Shown in pieces: positions 1-14,670 of a stretch of 64,000 bases of DNA (the first letter of the stretch is position 1; each line of letters starts with the position of its first letter). The notes under the pieces were generated by a model that was not told the DNA's origin, did not search any database, and saw nothing but the letters and a program-made list of their open reading frames with translations. The DNA is from Cenococcum geophilum (taxonomy: Eukaryota): NCBI GenBank assembly GCA_050273025.1, contig CP158635.1:17980001-18044000 (forward strand), read 5' to 3'. The translations under genes and the position numbers were made by a program.

Positions 1-524
1 AAGAGTAAGAGAGGCGATCCGCTTATTTAGGCGGTATATATTTATGTTAAATTATAAGGCTAGTTTTAGCTGCGTTATAAATCCGCTTTTCTTTTTAATA
101 TATATTTAAGTTTGCTAGCTTACTAGTAATTAAAATTTCTATAAAGAACTAGATAAGTAATAAACGTTATATATAAGCTGTTTGCTTATTATAGGCGACA
201 AGTAAATGCTAAATGGACGGTAAATAGGTAGTAATACTAATGCCTTTCGCTATAAAGAGGACCTTATTATAGACTCTCGCGGCTAAGTTACCCCCTATCT
301 CTCTTACTTCCCTTACTGCTCCTTCTAATTAAGAATTCTTTTTAAAGGAAAACTTCTTAATATAATATAATCTATTACTAAAGAGAGAAGGAGCTACCTA
401 TTACTACCTTCCTTCTTCCCTTCTTTTCTTCCCTTTTTTTTCGCTTGTTATCTTAAATATAGAGATAGTAATAACAATGCGTTCCCCTTGCGATATATAC
501 TAGTAAAGGGGGAGTCCGCGTATA

Positions 525-3121
525 TTAGTAAGATACTCTATACGTATTAGATATATATCTTTTAAAATATATTATGCTATTTAGCTTAATAGAATATTTA
601 GGGTGGCGATATTAAAACTCTCTCTAATATTTAGGGAGTTAAAAGTGGGTTTCCACGTACTTCTTTAGGACGTCTTTTCGCGGTATATAGCGCATCCGTT
701 TTTTGTATAAGAACTCGTTATTGCCTATATAAATAAGGTATACTAGGTAGGAAAGCTCTATAGGATATAACTAAATAGTCTTGGCTTTAGCGGCGTCTAA
801 AGTGCCAAGCTCTTATTAAATAGTCCCACAATATTTATTATCCGGCGACTCTTCCTTTAGGGACGCATAATTAGGAGTTTGGTAATTTAAGGTACTTTTA
901 AGACTGATATTCTTTCGCTTTTGCATATAAGATATTTTCTTATTTTTAAAAACAATGAAGTCTATTTTCTTCCGTTTTGAAGGTTTACGTTAAGCTGTTT
1001 CTTCTTAATAATATAGTTAAGCTAGGTTTTCGATGAACTTAACCTAGGCTTTTTTATTTTTAAAAGGTGTAAAGAGTATTCTAGTAATAGTAGCCCGCTC
1101 TAGAAGTTCAAATTCCTACCTTAGCAGTGTTAATACCTTAGTTAGGCCCTTCCTACTAAGCTAACTGGCTATTTCAATCGTGTCGATTAAGTCGTAAAAT
1201 TTGCGAATAGCAGTTATTAATCGTTCCCTCTGTAACCTTTAATACGTTATACCAATATTCCGCTTAGTCTCTTTATATTACTAGTATAATTTAGTACCTT
1301 TGACCTTAGTAACGAGGTAGAGGCCTTTATTATAGATAAGGTTCTTATATTCTTTTCGTTTATTATAAAGCGCTTTAAGCTTAGGGTTATTACGGACTTC
1401 TTCTAGCTAGTTATTATTGAGCTCTATAGGCGCTTGTCGATTTCATAACAGCCCCATTCTCGCGATAGATTTAATAAGGAGATCCTATAAAGGACTTCTA
1501 AAATAGATACTCTGGTAATTGCGTGCAATATGCGTTAGTATATAATACCTCTTATACGTACTACTAAGATGGCCTATAGTCTGGTTCCGCTCTTTTGGAG
1601 TAATAGCGTCTATCTATATAATTAATATATAACCAGGTTTAGAGGTAATTATTAAGTAGTTCTACCGTTAATGTTTTTACCTAAAGCCCGTCGCAGCTAG
1701 TACAGCTCTAGTGCCTTCTTAACCCTAGCAATAAGCCCTAGGCGTATAAATATATTATAGTATTTAGCGTATAGAAAGGCCTTTTCTTTTATAATATTGC
1801 CACCCCTAGTTATATAGCTGACGTTACAGAAAAATAGTTAATCTAGTACTTCGTCCTGCGCCAGTACCTTAAGGTTGAAGATGTTTTAAATACTTATAAA
1901 GTTATTTCGGAATACGTTTTAACTAACGCTAATAGCTAAAATATGCGAAATAATATAGAATGTAGGAAGGTCTTCTAGACGGAAGGTAAATTTCTTTTTA
2001 TAGATTTACAGTTAGTAGGATATATTGTTTAGATATAGTATAAAGCTTATAGTTTACTATCTTTTTCTATATTCTTAATATATTCTAGGTTTATATTTAC
2101 CACAACCGTGCTCTTATTAGAGTGTTTCTTACTGCGAACAACTATAATGTTAATATTCTTAAACCAGACGGCTTTATTGCTGCCTTTAACACTAGCGCTT
2201 TCCACTAGAGCGCCTAGTCTTATAGCTATAGCTATGCTAAGTAGGAGAAGAAGCGAAATTTAGACTTAAATAAAGCCATAGAGTGGCTTAGTATTGTTAA
2301 TTTAAAGAGCGTAAAGGATAGTATAAAGGTCTTAGACGAATATAACGTACTTTTCCTTTACTAACTTGTTAAGCTTAAGGCTTAGAATCCACTTCTATAG
2401 CTATTAGCCTACCTTAAAGGAGGGGTAGGAACTTATATTATAAATATTATTAAGGATATTACCGTCTATCTTATGGCGTGTAAGGTCTATATAGTATATG
2501 CTAATTCGTTTCTAATAGCTCCGCATTAAGCTCTCCTTTTTAATTTAAAAATGTCTCTTCCGCTAACGGAGATATACTTTAAACACTATTAGGGCGCATT
2601 TACGCAGCTAGTCGTCTGCGGTTTTTTAGGTTTTCTTTTTAATCTTTAGGCAGTACCTAGTTTGTAGTAATTAGAGGGTATAATAATAAGTTAGCAGAAA
2701 TTTTTATAATTTATATCTTCTAGATTTTGCCTTCCCTCTTCTATAGTTTCTTGGTATAAGAAGTATGGTTTAGTTTTATAGGTCCCTCCTCTTCTAATTT
2801 AGCAATGTCTTTTAGTATTTCCTTAGCTTTAGAGTCCAATTTTATATCTAATCCCGCATCTAACTCTATATTAAACTCCGCATCTAATTCTATATCTAGT
2901 TCTCTAGAATTTAAATCTATACTATCTTCTAAACGAATATATATATCTAGGTCGGTGTCTATATCCGAGTCTAGACTTTAGAGTTATAAATTTAAGTTTT
3001 AATAAACAGCGGCGGCGTAGAGTGCTCCTCTCCTCTCTGTCCTATAAGCCGGAGCAGCTACTTTAATAGGTATACTACTATTCTAGCGACGGCGAGTTTG
3101 CTAAATAGGTAAGGTAAGCAT
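525..3121 (-). pseudogene. RIP-inactivated DUF3435 tyrosine recombinase (Starship 'captain'-type)
   Basis: Hand translation of the minus strand gives LGLIARVKKALELY*LRRAL (~1740-1682), an intron-like gap, then DAITPKERNQTIGHLSSTYKRYYILTHIARNYQSIYF (~1612-1500). These match the YQLRR and RNQ.MGH...Y..YY...I..D.Q motifs of DUF3435. There is an acidic N-terminus (2860-2990) and a degenerate C-terminal C2H2-like segment (RKDVLKKYVETHF...YRHPKY...YFKRY). Many TAA/TAG stops. Confidence 0.85.
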
Positions 3122-3739
3122 TATAGATAAGGATTAAATTGCTAGAGAGGAAGTAGAATAAGGATAGTAAAGGGAAAGAGAGAGGAATTAGAATAAGGGT
3201 AGTAAAGGGAGAGAGTGCGGGGAGAGGGTAAGCAGGCTATTTCTTTAAATAGACGCTGGCCTTTCTATATGGGCTGTGCTATTGTTAAATTAACGTAAGC
3301 GCTAATAAGCTTTGCTAAAGCTTATATCCTATTTTTAACCCCTCCAGAACAATAGACAGGGTAGGGATAAGAAGTGCTTAAGTAAATAGAGCTTCTTTAA
3401 AGCGGCGATGTAATAGGGTCTAAGCAAGATGAGAACGCCGCTAAAAGCGGCGGCTAACAACCCCTAAAAACAGATACAATCCCACCACCATATGTATTTA
3501 GATAGGTATATTTTCGTATTTATTATTCTTTAACACCACTGTGTAAATCTATAGGGGAATTCTTATAAATATAGTTCTATACTATAGTATAATGCTAAAT
3601 ATAATTTTATTACCCTTAAAACTAGTATTATATAGTATATAGATAAATAGAATAGGATTATATCTAATATTGTATATTTATATTGTCTAGCGTTAGAGAA
3701 TATCTATTTCCGGATATCTAACTCCTTAGCCACCTATTA

Positions 3740-4960
3740 AGTTTAACCGTAACTAAGTTGCTCTTTAGTTCCTTAAGTGTAGCATATTCTAAAATAGTAA
3801 TTAATTAATTCTTATATCTGGGGTGCCCACTTTAGCCTACTATAGTTACTCCGCATACCTTTACCCTGTCTAGCTTAGCCAGTAGATTCTTATCTTATAC
3901 CTTTTCTAAAAGGGATATTTAGAAGTCTAAGGGAAGTCTAAAGTGCCGTAGTTAAAGGTACCTAAGCGTTAGTGTAAGGGATTCTAGAAAGGATAATAGG
4001 CTCTTTTTAGTAGCGTTAAGGCATCCTAGAGTGAGTTCTTTAAGAGCCGGCTATATAATACTAGCACCTATAATGTTATCGTCCTCTAAAGGTAAATCGA
4101 TACTAATACTTAACTTATGGAGATTCTTAAGCTTACTAAGAAACTTCTTAAGCACGTTAGTAGCTAGCAAATCTTAGTATTTTATTATATTACTGCCTTA
4201 TTTATCCTCTAGCTCTAGTATAAGCTCTAGAATTATAAGTAAGAAATAAGCCTAGTTTATATATCTAAGCTTTCTAATATTTGTAATGGTTTGCTAGTAT
4301 AAGGCCCCACCTTAAACTTTGTTAAGTTAAGCGTCCTAATAAAAGGACCGCTTAGGAAAGCTTTAAGCAGTCGTATATTAATGGGTTAGTAAGGTGTCTT
4401 TAATGCGTCTTTAAACGCCGTACGCTTAAACTAACTATTCTAGCCGTGGCGGAAATAACCTCCCTATAAGATGGTTACACTTTTTAACTTTGAGAATTAA
4501 CTAATAGCTTTAGCAATTTACTTAAAGTCTAAGTTTTCCTAGTAAATACGACGCTGATCTTTAACTAAGAGCATATAGCTGTTAAAGCCTTATTAAAGCT
4601 CGCCTTCGTTACATTTCTCTCTATTAAGCGACGGCTTAGATCCTTTCTAAGCTTCGTATATTCCGATACCCTTATTAAAGAGGGTATCTGCGTAGAATAT
4701 AGACCGTACATGTCTCCTAATAATGGGATAATTCGAGATTTTAGCACTAATGTCATTAAATTTCAGTTAAGAGAATTGAGCAGAGCCTAGAGATTATTAA
4801 AGATTACGTAACGAAGAAGGACTATATAAGTGGCGAGCTTGGCGAGCTTAATAAGTTAAACTCATCTAATAGGCCGACTTGGCAGAAACTTTAAGGGAGG
4901 ACGTTCTCTACCTTAGTCCTAGACAGAGAATGTATTAAGGACTAATCTAAAGAAAAGGAA
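3740..4960 (-). pseudogene. RIP-degraded gene, leucine-rich/F-box-associated-like fungal protein
   Basis: The minus frame reads PALKELTLGCLNATKKSLLSFLESLTLTLRYL*LRHFRL (~4050-3940) and KFLSKLKNLHKLSISID, LRR-like segments typical of fungal F-box-type proteins. Includes ORF 4565-4756. Family and ends uncertain. Confidence 0.4.
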
Positions 4961-5304
4961 AAGAGTAATAGTTACATAAGAGGAAGATCCTCGTAGCTTA
5001 TTGGGGGATTAATTAGACCCTAAAAATATGGCCCGAATTGTAGGATAGGGGACTATTTTCGGCGTTTAATACGGTCCTTAACTTAGCGGGTTGAGGTTTA
5101 CTCTTAGACGCCGAAAATTAATCCTCGTTATTTATAACCACGAAGGAGCTATGTATAGATTAGAGAATAAGACCCTTAAACGCCCAAATTTGGACCCCAA
5201 TTGGGGGATGCCGAAATTTTATCCCTATAGCAGCCAAAATAGGACCTTCGCTTTTAGGGTCTATCGACTATAAAAGGACAACCTTCCCGCACTCTCTGTA
5301 TTTA

Positions 5305-5499
5305 CGGACCCTTAGGAAAAAGGATCGGAGGCTGCGATAGAGTAGAGTTCTTAGGCGGAGTAAAGCTCTTATAAATTCTAAGACAATATTTTTTTTTAAA
5401 TTTTTAAAAAGGAAATAATTTCTTAGAATTAATGAGAGCTTTGCTCCGCCTAAGAACTCTACTTTATTACAGCCTCTAATCCTTTTTCCTAAGGGTCCG
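5305..5499. mobile_element. 195-bp fold-back MITE with TA target duplication (Tc1/mariner-type)
   Basis: TA|CGGACCCTTAGGAAAAAGGA...AGAGTTCTTAGGCGGAG is mirrored by CTCCGCCTAAGAACTCT...TCCTTTTTCCTAAGGGTCCG|TA. Arms are ~80 bp around an AT-rich spacer. Confidence 0.85.
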
Positions 5500-6665
5500 T
5501 ATTAATTTATCTAGTATGGGGTTTTATAAACCCCATTCGCGTAGTCTATATTAAACTTTTACTTACTCTAGAATTTATATTAGATATCTTACTAAAAATT
5601 ATTTTAATTAGAAGAGTAACGTCCCTCCCTACGGGTTAAGAAACCCCCCACGCCGAGAAATATAAGGGGTACTTTAACTTTAAGCAACTTAAAATTTATA
5701 CACACGTTAATATTTACTATAGCCCTATATAGGTTATATGCTATAGGTACTCCTAGATATCTAGGACCCTTTCTATCTAAAAATTACGTTATATATCGTC
5801 GCCTTCGCGCCTAGTTCGTAGAGAACCTCCTTTTATAGTAATACAGAGTCCCTTCCCTACAGCACTACCGTTAAGCTCTTACTACTCTATAATATTTATT
5901 AACGGTCTTATCTAAACCTTAGAACCTTATTACAATATTAGGAGGTTATTATTAGCCTTATATCTACTATAGCGTACAAATTTATACAATATTGCCACCT
6001 CTATTAGTACTTCCGATTAAAGTAGCTACTAATCCTAGCTAGTGCAAAACAACCCTATACGTCTTATATAATCACCATAGTGTAATTTAGGCTTAGCGTA
6101 GAATATAATACAGTTAGCTAGATATCTAATACCGTATTCCGTAAGTGCGCTAAACCCTTATACCAAGATATACGGTAGACCCCTTTATACGGATAAATCC
6201 GGAGTGCATATTTTTATAGGCTAAGCGTCTTTAAAACTTAGGATTATCTTCTTCTATAATAGAGCTATCATTCTAACGTCCCTCCCTACGGGGCGAGAAA
6301 CCCCCCGCACTAAGATAAATCCATCCTTTATACGTCCTAAGTCCTTCCCTTATAAGTCTTCAAAGCTTTAACCTATATAACGTCCGTCCTACCATAGCGA
6401 GCCACCCACCAAAACGAGTCAACTTCTTAGTATACCTCTTAAAAGTCTCTCCCTTGTATATTAATAAAATTATAATTAATATATCGCTATTTTAAACCCA
6501 TTTCCCTTTTAATATAGCTATACGCAATAAATATTACCCTATAATTGCTTGTACTAACTAAAATTTTCTATGCGTTAAAATTTCTAGCTTTGTATTTTCC
6601 CCCCTGCAAATTTATAAGCATAAAGCTTTACTATTATTTTGGAGCCTAGAAATAAAAGCCATTTT

Positions 6666-9600
6666 TGTAACGGAACCTTATAGCAAGAACTACAATAGGC
6701 TCGTTAATGGGCTAGGTGTATAGGTGATGCAAATTAAAGTTAACAACGAATAATAACTAGTGGAGTAGTTGCCTAACAGATTAACTCTAATTGTATTCTG
6801 AGAATTACTATAAGGAAGGAACTATCTAAGTAGGGACTGTGGTCCTTTAAATATATAACCGTACTTCTAAGAAATCCTTCTTATATATAATGTACGTCTT
6901 ATATATAAGGTACGTAAGTTCCTTTTATTCCTCTTATTTAATATATAGCATGTTATATAACCTTAGTTACTATTCCTCGTTATATAGTTCTACCGGCTCT
7001 ATTCTAGACCGTGCCTAGATTAACTAACTAGCTTCTTCTAACTTCTCTCCTAGTAGTTATAATATTATACTTAAAGCGTCCATAACACTATCTCTTTCCT
7101 CTTTATCTTTATCTTTAAAGATTCTAAATATCTCTAAGTTATTTACTAGAGGTATAATATCTATCTAATTAATTTGGTTAATATTATTGCTTATTATACT
7201 TAAAGCAATTTCTTCTTTATACGCCCAACGTCGTACTCGCACTATTGCTGTAATATTATCTCTTAGTAAGATTATACCGTCTCCGTATTCTTATTATTTA
7301 AAAGAGGGGTTAGTTTATATTGCGTTGGCGAACCTATCTTTACGATAACCATTTTCTTGCTTAGAGTGCACTAAAGCGAATATTTATTCGTCCTGCAATG
7401 TTTACTTTACCTCTAATGCTAAATATACGCGACCTATTACTCTTAATAGTCGTCTAGTTCCCTAATTAATTTATCTTAAGGTCTTATATTTAATCTGCTG
7501 CTACGCGGCTAGATAGTAAACTGTCTTAAGCCCTTACTAAGTTAAAATGTTCTTAGGATGTAGAATAGAAGGCCCTAGATACTTATATCGCGGCATTTAC
7601 TTATTTACTTTATCTTAAGAAGGTTTATAAGAAGGTTTATTCTAAGAAGTAAAAGCTTATAGAATAGGGTCTATAGGAACTTAGTAATAAAAAAACGGAC
7701 TTTTTTTTAATAGAGAAGGAAATAGATCTAAGTAGTTTGGTAACTGCTCTTCCTAGGTCCCCCTTAGGTAACTTATTCTTTAGTAATCCTTTTTTTTAAT
7801 ACTGCCTGACCTAATCTCTTCTAATACTCCTATACCTTTCTTATAGCGTTCTTTAAATTTTCTAATAGCTCCTAGGTAGTCTTAGTGTAGCCTATTTACT
7901 TAACCTTGTACTATATTTTATTATTAATGTCCTTATAACTAATAATCTTTAAAACTTACTATTCGTCTTCTTCCTACCCTTTATATATATCTACTTTATA
8001 AACTAGTGGCTTAATATTCCTATATACTAGCTCTAGCATTATAATATGCTATATAGGGTAGATCTTTATCTTAGCTAGTAGGTTTAACTTAAATATAACT
8101 GGTGAAATCCTCTATATAATTTTAAAAGGTCTTAGTCTAACGTAGTCTAACTTCTTACTTAGTCATCAACTCTTAAAAATTTTGTGTAGTAGCTATACTT
8201 TATCTCCCTCCTTAAGATCTAGTCCCTTAGATCTCTTAGTATTATAATACTTTTTTATTCTCTTTTGTACCTTCTTTACTAATTCTATAAGGTCTATATA
8301 AAGATTTATTAACGTCTTTATTCTTTCTTTAGCTATACTACTCGTTTTCTTTACTTATCGTAATAACAATAATATCCTTAGCTTATATCCATGATTTGCC
8401 TTAAATAGTGGTATGCCTATTCCTTCTTAAGGTGTTATATTATATGCAAACTATATAACTAGTAGTAATAATACCTAATTATTCTGTGCGTGATTAATAT
8501 AATATCTTAGATACTATTTTAGTGTTTAATTTAATCTTTCTATTTAACTGTCTGTCTGCGGATAATATACGGTAGAAGTTACTACTCTAACTCCTTACTC
8601 CGCTAAGAATACCTCCTAAAATGCTACTATAAATCTTAGATCTCTATCTAATATAATTTTACTTAGTGCTCTATATCTTGCGAATACTTCTTTAATATAA
8701 ATTCTAGCAATATCTTCCGCTAAGATTTCTTCTGTATACGCTATAAAGTATCCCTACTTTGTAAGCTTATCTATTATTACTAAGATCGCGTTATAATTTT
8801 GCCCGGTAATAGGGTTTTTTAACTTTAGTAACTTAATAATAAAGTCCTATAATATGACCTCTTATAGTCTCTCTGGTGTTTTAATAGGTTATAGCCCTCT
8901 ATACGGCTTATGCCTTATTAGTTTATTCCTTTAGTAATCTAGATATTCCTTTATAACTTTTCGCGTTAAGCCTTAAATTCCGTTAATAATATACTTCTCT
9001 TAGAGTCTTAATACTAGGCCTATAGCTCCGTTATATCCTTAAGTTAATCTTTTATAAAATTCTTTTATAAATTGCTCCGCTATGCTTTTTAGGATATACT
9101 TTACTTTACGATTTTTGTATATATCTATTTATAAATCTTCTAGTTATGCTTTTAAAATTCTTTATACCTAAAAGCTTTTTAGTATCTTATAGACTCTATC
9201 TTATTCCTCTTAAGTTATTATAATTTTTAGATAATTATACCTAATTAATCCGTCTATATCTTTTCGCAGTAAAGCCCCTAATGGCTTTTTATTGTTTTAT
9301 AGTTTAGCCTTATAACTTAGAGCATCTATTCGCGTGTTATCTATACCCTTAGTATACTAAATCTTAAAATAGTATTTTATAAGCATCTCTGCCCATCTAA
9401 CTTATCTCTAGTTAAGTTCTTTTATTATTAGGAACCCCATTAGGTTCTTATAATCTATCTTAACTATAAATAGTTTTTCCACGCCTTGCAAGAATGCTCT
9501 CTATTTCTTTAGTGCTGTAACTATACCTAATAACTCCTTATTGTAGATGTTATAGTTTAACTCTAGTAGTATTATCTTTTAACTATAGTATACCACTAGG

Positions 9601-12600
9601 TGCTATCTATCTTAATACCTTTATATAAAGTATGCCCCTAGTATATAGTCTAATGCATCCGTTTCTATAACCGTCTCTAGTCTTAATTAATAGATTTTAA
9701 GAACTAGCTCCTGGGTAAACAACTCCTTAACTTTCTTAAAGAGTTCTCTCTGTTCCTTTCCCCATGCCTATAGTTTTTCTTTCTTTGTTAATCGCGTAAA
9801 TGGTTTAATATCCTTTAACTATTGCGCTATAAACCTTCTGCAGTAATTACAAACCCCTAAAAACATTCTTAACTATATAATATTCTCTAGTTCTTACCAA
9901 TTCACTATAGCTTTAATCTTCTTTAGATCTATACTAGGTTAGCTTAATTTAATAATAAATTTAATAAAATTAGTCTTCCTTATAAAGAACTCGTATTTCT
10001 TAATTGCTACTAGTATTTATTCTTTCTATAGTCTCTTTAAGACCCATTTAACATATTCCCCGTGTTCTTCCTTAGTTATTAAGTAGATAATAATGTCGTT
10101 AAGGTATACTATAATAAATTCATCTAAGTGCTCTCCTAACACATTATTAATACGCTTTTAGAATGTTGCTAGTGCGTTTATAAGCCTAAACTGCATAACT
10201 AATAGCTTATATAGTCCTTTCTTTAACCTAAAGGCTGCCTTCTATTTATTGCCTTCCTTAATTCTAATCTAATAGTACGCCTATCTTAGATCTATCTTTA
10301 TAAAGATTTACGCATTGCCTATCCTATCTTAGATTTCGCTAATTAAGGGTAAAGGATACCTATCCTTCCTAGTAATGCTGTTTAACTATCTATAGTTAAT
10401 ATACAGCCTTAGTTTACCATTTTTCTTTAATATAAATAGTACTGGGTAACCCGCTAATAACTGCAATAGTCTAATATATCCCTTTTATAGGTTTTCCTAG
10501 ATAAACTCTTTTAGTACTCTACCCTCTTCTTTAGTAAGCTTATAGATTGGAAAGAACCTTAAACTTATTCCTAGTTCTAATTCTATCTTATAGTCCTATA
10601 CTATATAATCTACTAGCTTTTTACTTTCCGGTAACTATAGTTTCTAACCATACTTATAGTATCTCTTTAGTACGTAACTTAAGCCTTTCTTTATTTCTTT
10701 ATAGGTCGCTTCTACTTAGTACTATACCAACTTAGCTTATTGTTATATCTTGCGGCGTTAAGTATCCCTAATATTAACCTAACCTATAATCCAATTAATC
10801 TTTAGATTGTATTCCCATAACTAAGGCATTTTTAATACTGCCTTATCCCGTCCTAATAGTAGGATATTAAAAGATATCTTAATCCGTCTTCCCTTAATGG
10901 TTAACTAAATAGGTCCTATTTTAAGATTAATAATCCCTCCTTTATAGGCTATTAGATCTCCTAAAATTATAACTAATAGGTAAGGTTACTTCTTCTATCT
11001 ATAAGGTAGTCCTATTCTTTTAACTGCTGCTAGTAAGATATAGTTTTGCGTTACTCCACTATCTATTAGCGCTTTAAACTACTAATCTTACTATTTAATT
11101 TATAAATTTAAGTGTCGTCCTTAAATTCCTTTAAGGGTCTAAGGCTCTACTACTGGCTCCCTTTAGTTCCGTGGGCCTCTACTTTTCCTAACTATTAGCT
11201 ACTTAATCCTATTACGCTTGGCTTACTCTTTAGCTAATACCTAGTTTGTTTTTTGTCTTTAATATACTATAGATATATATTCTCTAGATATTCCCACCAC
11301 TATTGTCTATCTAAGCATTTTTCTATAAGGAATCTTCCTGGTTAAAGTATTAAATTTCCTTCCTCTTAAACTTCTGCTAGATGCCATCTATGCATATATT
11401 TAGCATTCCTATACTATTACTCGTTTATTATCCAGTATATCCTTATAGGGTATTTCTAATTCTTTTCCTTTGGATTCTTATACATCTCGCATATATTATC
11501 CACGTATGCAATCTATAATAGCGTATAGTATGCTGGGTGCTTTAGGTTAACTCTTAACTCGTCTTTATCTTTAAGTTTAAACCTTTATTATGCTAATCTA
11601 AATGTTATAACCTTATTCGCAGGTACTAAAATACGCCTTTCGCTTCTTTAGTCCTCTAATCATTCTTCTAGATCCTTTAATATTATAATTAAGGCTCCTT
11701 TAATATACGTTATAGCCTTTTCTATAATTAGGTGGTCCTGGATAACTCTTTTATCTAACTATATATAGAAATCTTCCTACTTATCGTTATGCCTTTGTCT
11801 ATACCACTTTTGGTACAGCTACTAGAGTATATACGGCTTGTCCGTAAGGAAGTATCTTCTTATTACTATATTATAACAGCCCTTTATATATTATTCTTTA
11901 AACCTAGTAAGGATCCCTAGATCCTCTTTATCTTCTAGTTCGGTAAGCCACTTAGCTCTTAGTATGCCTACCCTAGGCCTATTAGTAATTCTTATACTAG
12001 TGCCCTATCCCTTATACGTCCCAATATACTAGATCTTTTATCTAGTTTCTATTCTCGCTATGCGATAATTCTCTGTCTAAATTCTTTTATAGTTTCTTTT
12101 AGTTTGCGTCTTACGCTTAGATCCTTAAAGTCTTCTTACTTCTTAATCTTAGTATTAATATTTTAATCTTTAGGCCGAATACTGTGTTCTCCTAGTAGGT
12201 CTTCTAGGTCTATATATCTGTCTCCTAGTCTAGTTACTATTTATACCGCAGATTCCTTAATCTATAAAGAAGCCTCTTGCCTCTTATTTATGGGTGTCCT
12301 TATTTATACTCTAAATTCTTAACCCCTTTAGATTCTCGATCCCAAGCTTGCTTTTATCTTAAGCCTTACTCCAGCCTTAGTCTAACTAGGCTTACTTAGT
12401 GTTCTTATCTTATCTTAAGAGTCTTAAATTTTACTTATCTTGTCTTAAGAGTCTTATGTTTTTAGGAAACTTCGTCCTAAGCTTATTTATATATTACTAA
12501 ACTAAGCCATTACTCTACTCTATCGGTTATCGTCCGTTATAGGTCCTTAAGCTTACCTTATCTCATCTTAAGAATCTTGGTCGTCTTTTATCTCATCCTA

Positions 12601-14420
12601 AGAATCTTAAGCCTTTGGCTTTTTGCCTTTATTAAGTGCTAAAGTAGTTCGCTGCCCTACTTCTCTTACGTCTCGCGAAGCGATAGACATTATATCTAGT
12701 AGGGTTTTAATCCCTACTAATGTTCCCTATTCTATAGTAGAATTATCCTCTACTTTTGGTGTAATATCTCTTAGGTCCGCATACTCCTAGTAAGCTGCCT
12801 TTATTACCTCGTCGTTACGAAATACTTCGCCTATATTAAAATCGTCGTCCTTAATATCCGATCTGCGAGCTAGTTCATTAGTTCCTCTATATCCTATAGG
12901 TGCTAGCTCTTATAGCTAGTAGCTTTTGCCATACTTAGCATCCTTATAAATTCGGTATGCGTTATTATAACAGAACGCAAAACTTTTAATTAAACATTCT
13001 TTCGTTCCTCGCAGTATATTATCGTCCCTCTATATATATATATCGTCTACTAGTCTTATACCTTTTACTATATAGTAACTCTGCCTACTTCTATAGTCTT
13101 TAATATAATAACCCTATTTTCCGCAATTTATATAAGCTCCCTCTTTAAACCATTTTTCTTGCTATAGAGTCCGCCTGAATATCTTCTACTGCTAAGATCC
13201 CTAATTCGGCCTCTGCTCCTTAGACCTTTAATTACTTAATCTTTATCCTTTAGGTTTCCACAGTTTTTTACTCTATCTCTTATAGGCTTTTTTAATACCA
13301 CTAAGGTCTATTAACTTTGCGCTATACTATAGTTTCTAACTTAGCTTTAGTTGTTATATACTCTACGCCTTATATAACTATAGAACTCTACCCTAACCTC
13401 TCTTAGCCTACTCCCTTTAGTAAATCTAATTATTAATCTTAATCGCTTAATCTATTAATTCTCTTAGGGTATCCGCATCTTTTATTAGAATAATCGCGTC
13501 CTAGACTTTAGCCTTAAGTCCTTATTTATACTATGCTATAAGCGCCCTATTATTCTACTCTACTTATATCGCTAACGTCTAGAACTACGTTGTATACTTA
13601 ATTGCTAAGGTTTATTATATAATGTCTTAGAGTTTCCTTTCTGCTATAGTTGTTACCTTCGGGTCTCCAAATATCTAGGTAAATTATTCTATAAATCCAT
13701 TCTAGCTTAAGAATATAAACCGTACCTTTTAGTTAGTGGTTATTATACTATTTGCTTATATCTCTATAAGATAAGGCTTAAACTATTTAAGTGCCCTTCC
13801 TATTAAGAACAGTCCTGTATACGCTATTAATCCATAAATATTGCTAGCTTTGCTCCCTCCTATATAACCTTAAAGTGCATTTATATAAGGAATCCTTTAA
13901 GCTTTAATCTCCCTCCTAAGTACCCCTTAATTAATAGTAACTTAACCTTTACTGCGCCTATCCCGTTAATCCTATTTTCCAATATTATATTATTTTCTAT
14001 TAACTAATTAACTATCTCTTATAGTTATCCAACCGTTATAGGTTACTATGAGTTAGTGTCTACTATACTAGTGTCGTTACCTAACCTTAAAGTAGTTACC
14101 ACCGTTAATAGCGTTATAGTGGCTGCTTTTAGTAGCATATTATTCGACTCTCTATATTAGATACTATAACTAGGTAGTAATTATATAATAGAACCTTATA
14201 GTAAGAACTACGGTAGGCTTGTTATTAGGCTAGGTATATAGGTAAAGTAAATATAGAAGTTAACAACGTAATAATAACTAGTGGAGTGGTTGCCTAATAG
14301 ATTAACTCTAATTATATTCTAAGAATTACTACAAGGAAGGAACTATCTAGGTAGGGATTAAGGGTCCTTAAATACACAACCGTACTCCTATAAAATCCTT
14401 CTTATACGTAATATACGTGT
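6666..14420 (-). mobile_element. RIP-degraded chromoviral Ty3/gypsy LTR retrotransposon (copy 1)
   Basis: 422-bp 3' LTR at 6666-7087 (TGTAAC...ATAACA) with an adjacent polypurine tract (7088-7105 on the minus strand). The 5' LTR starts at 14184 and is truncated near 14420. RT VYLNDIIIY (~10110-10085), integrase YPQTDS*IERLN (~8565-8530), chromodomain ~8000-7850, gag ~14140-13100. Confidence 0.92.
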
Positions 14421-14670
14421 GCTCTATCTACTCTGTTACGGATTATACAGATCCTATAGATTATTGACCTGAGGTACGAGTGGTCTATATTTTCGGGTCC
14501 TGGATTTCAAACCCTTGCCAAGCCGGCTTTTAATTGGTCCAAAAAAAAACTGCGGGCGGTATCTACCTGTAGAATACACGTGACGAACATCAAAATATTT
14601 AAGATCTCACTATTAATAAATCAACCTTTTTATTGACATCTCTATTAATACTACTATATGCGTCTTAACT

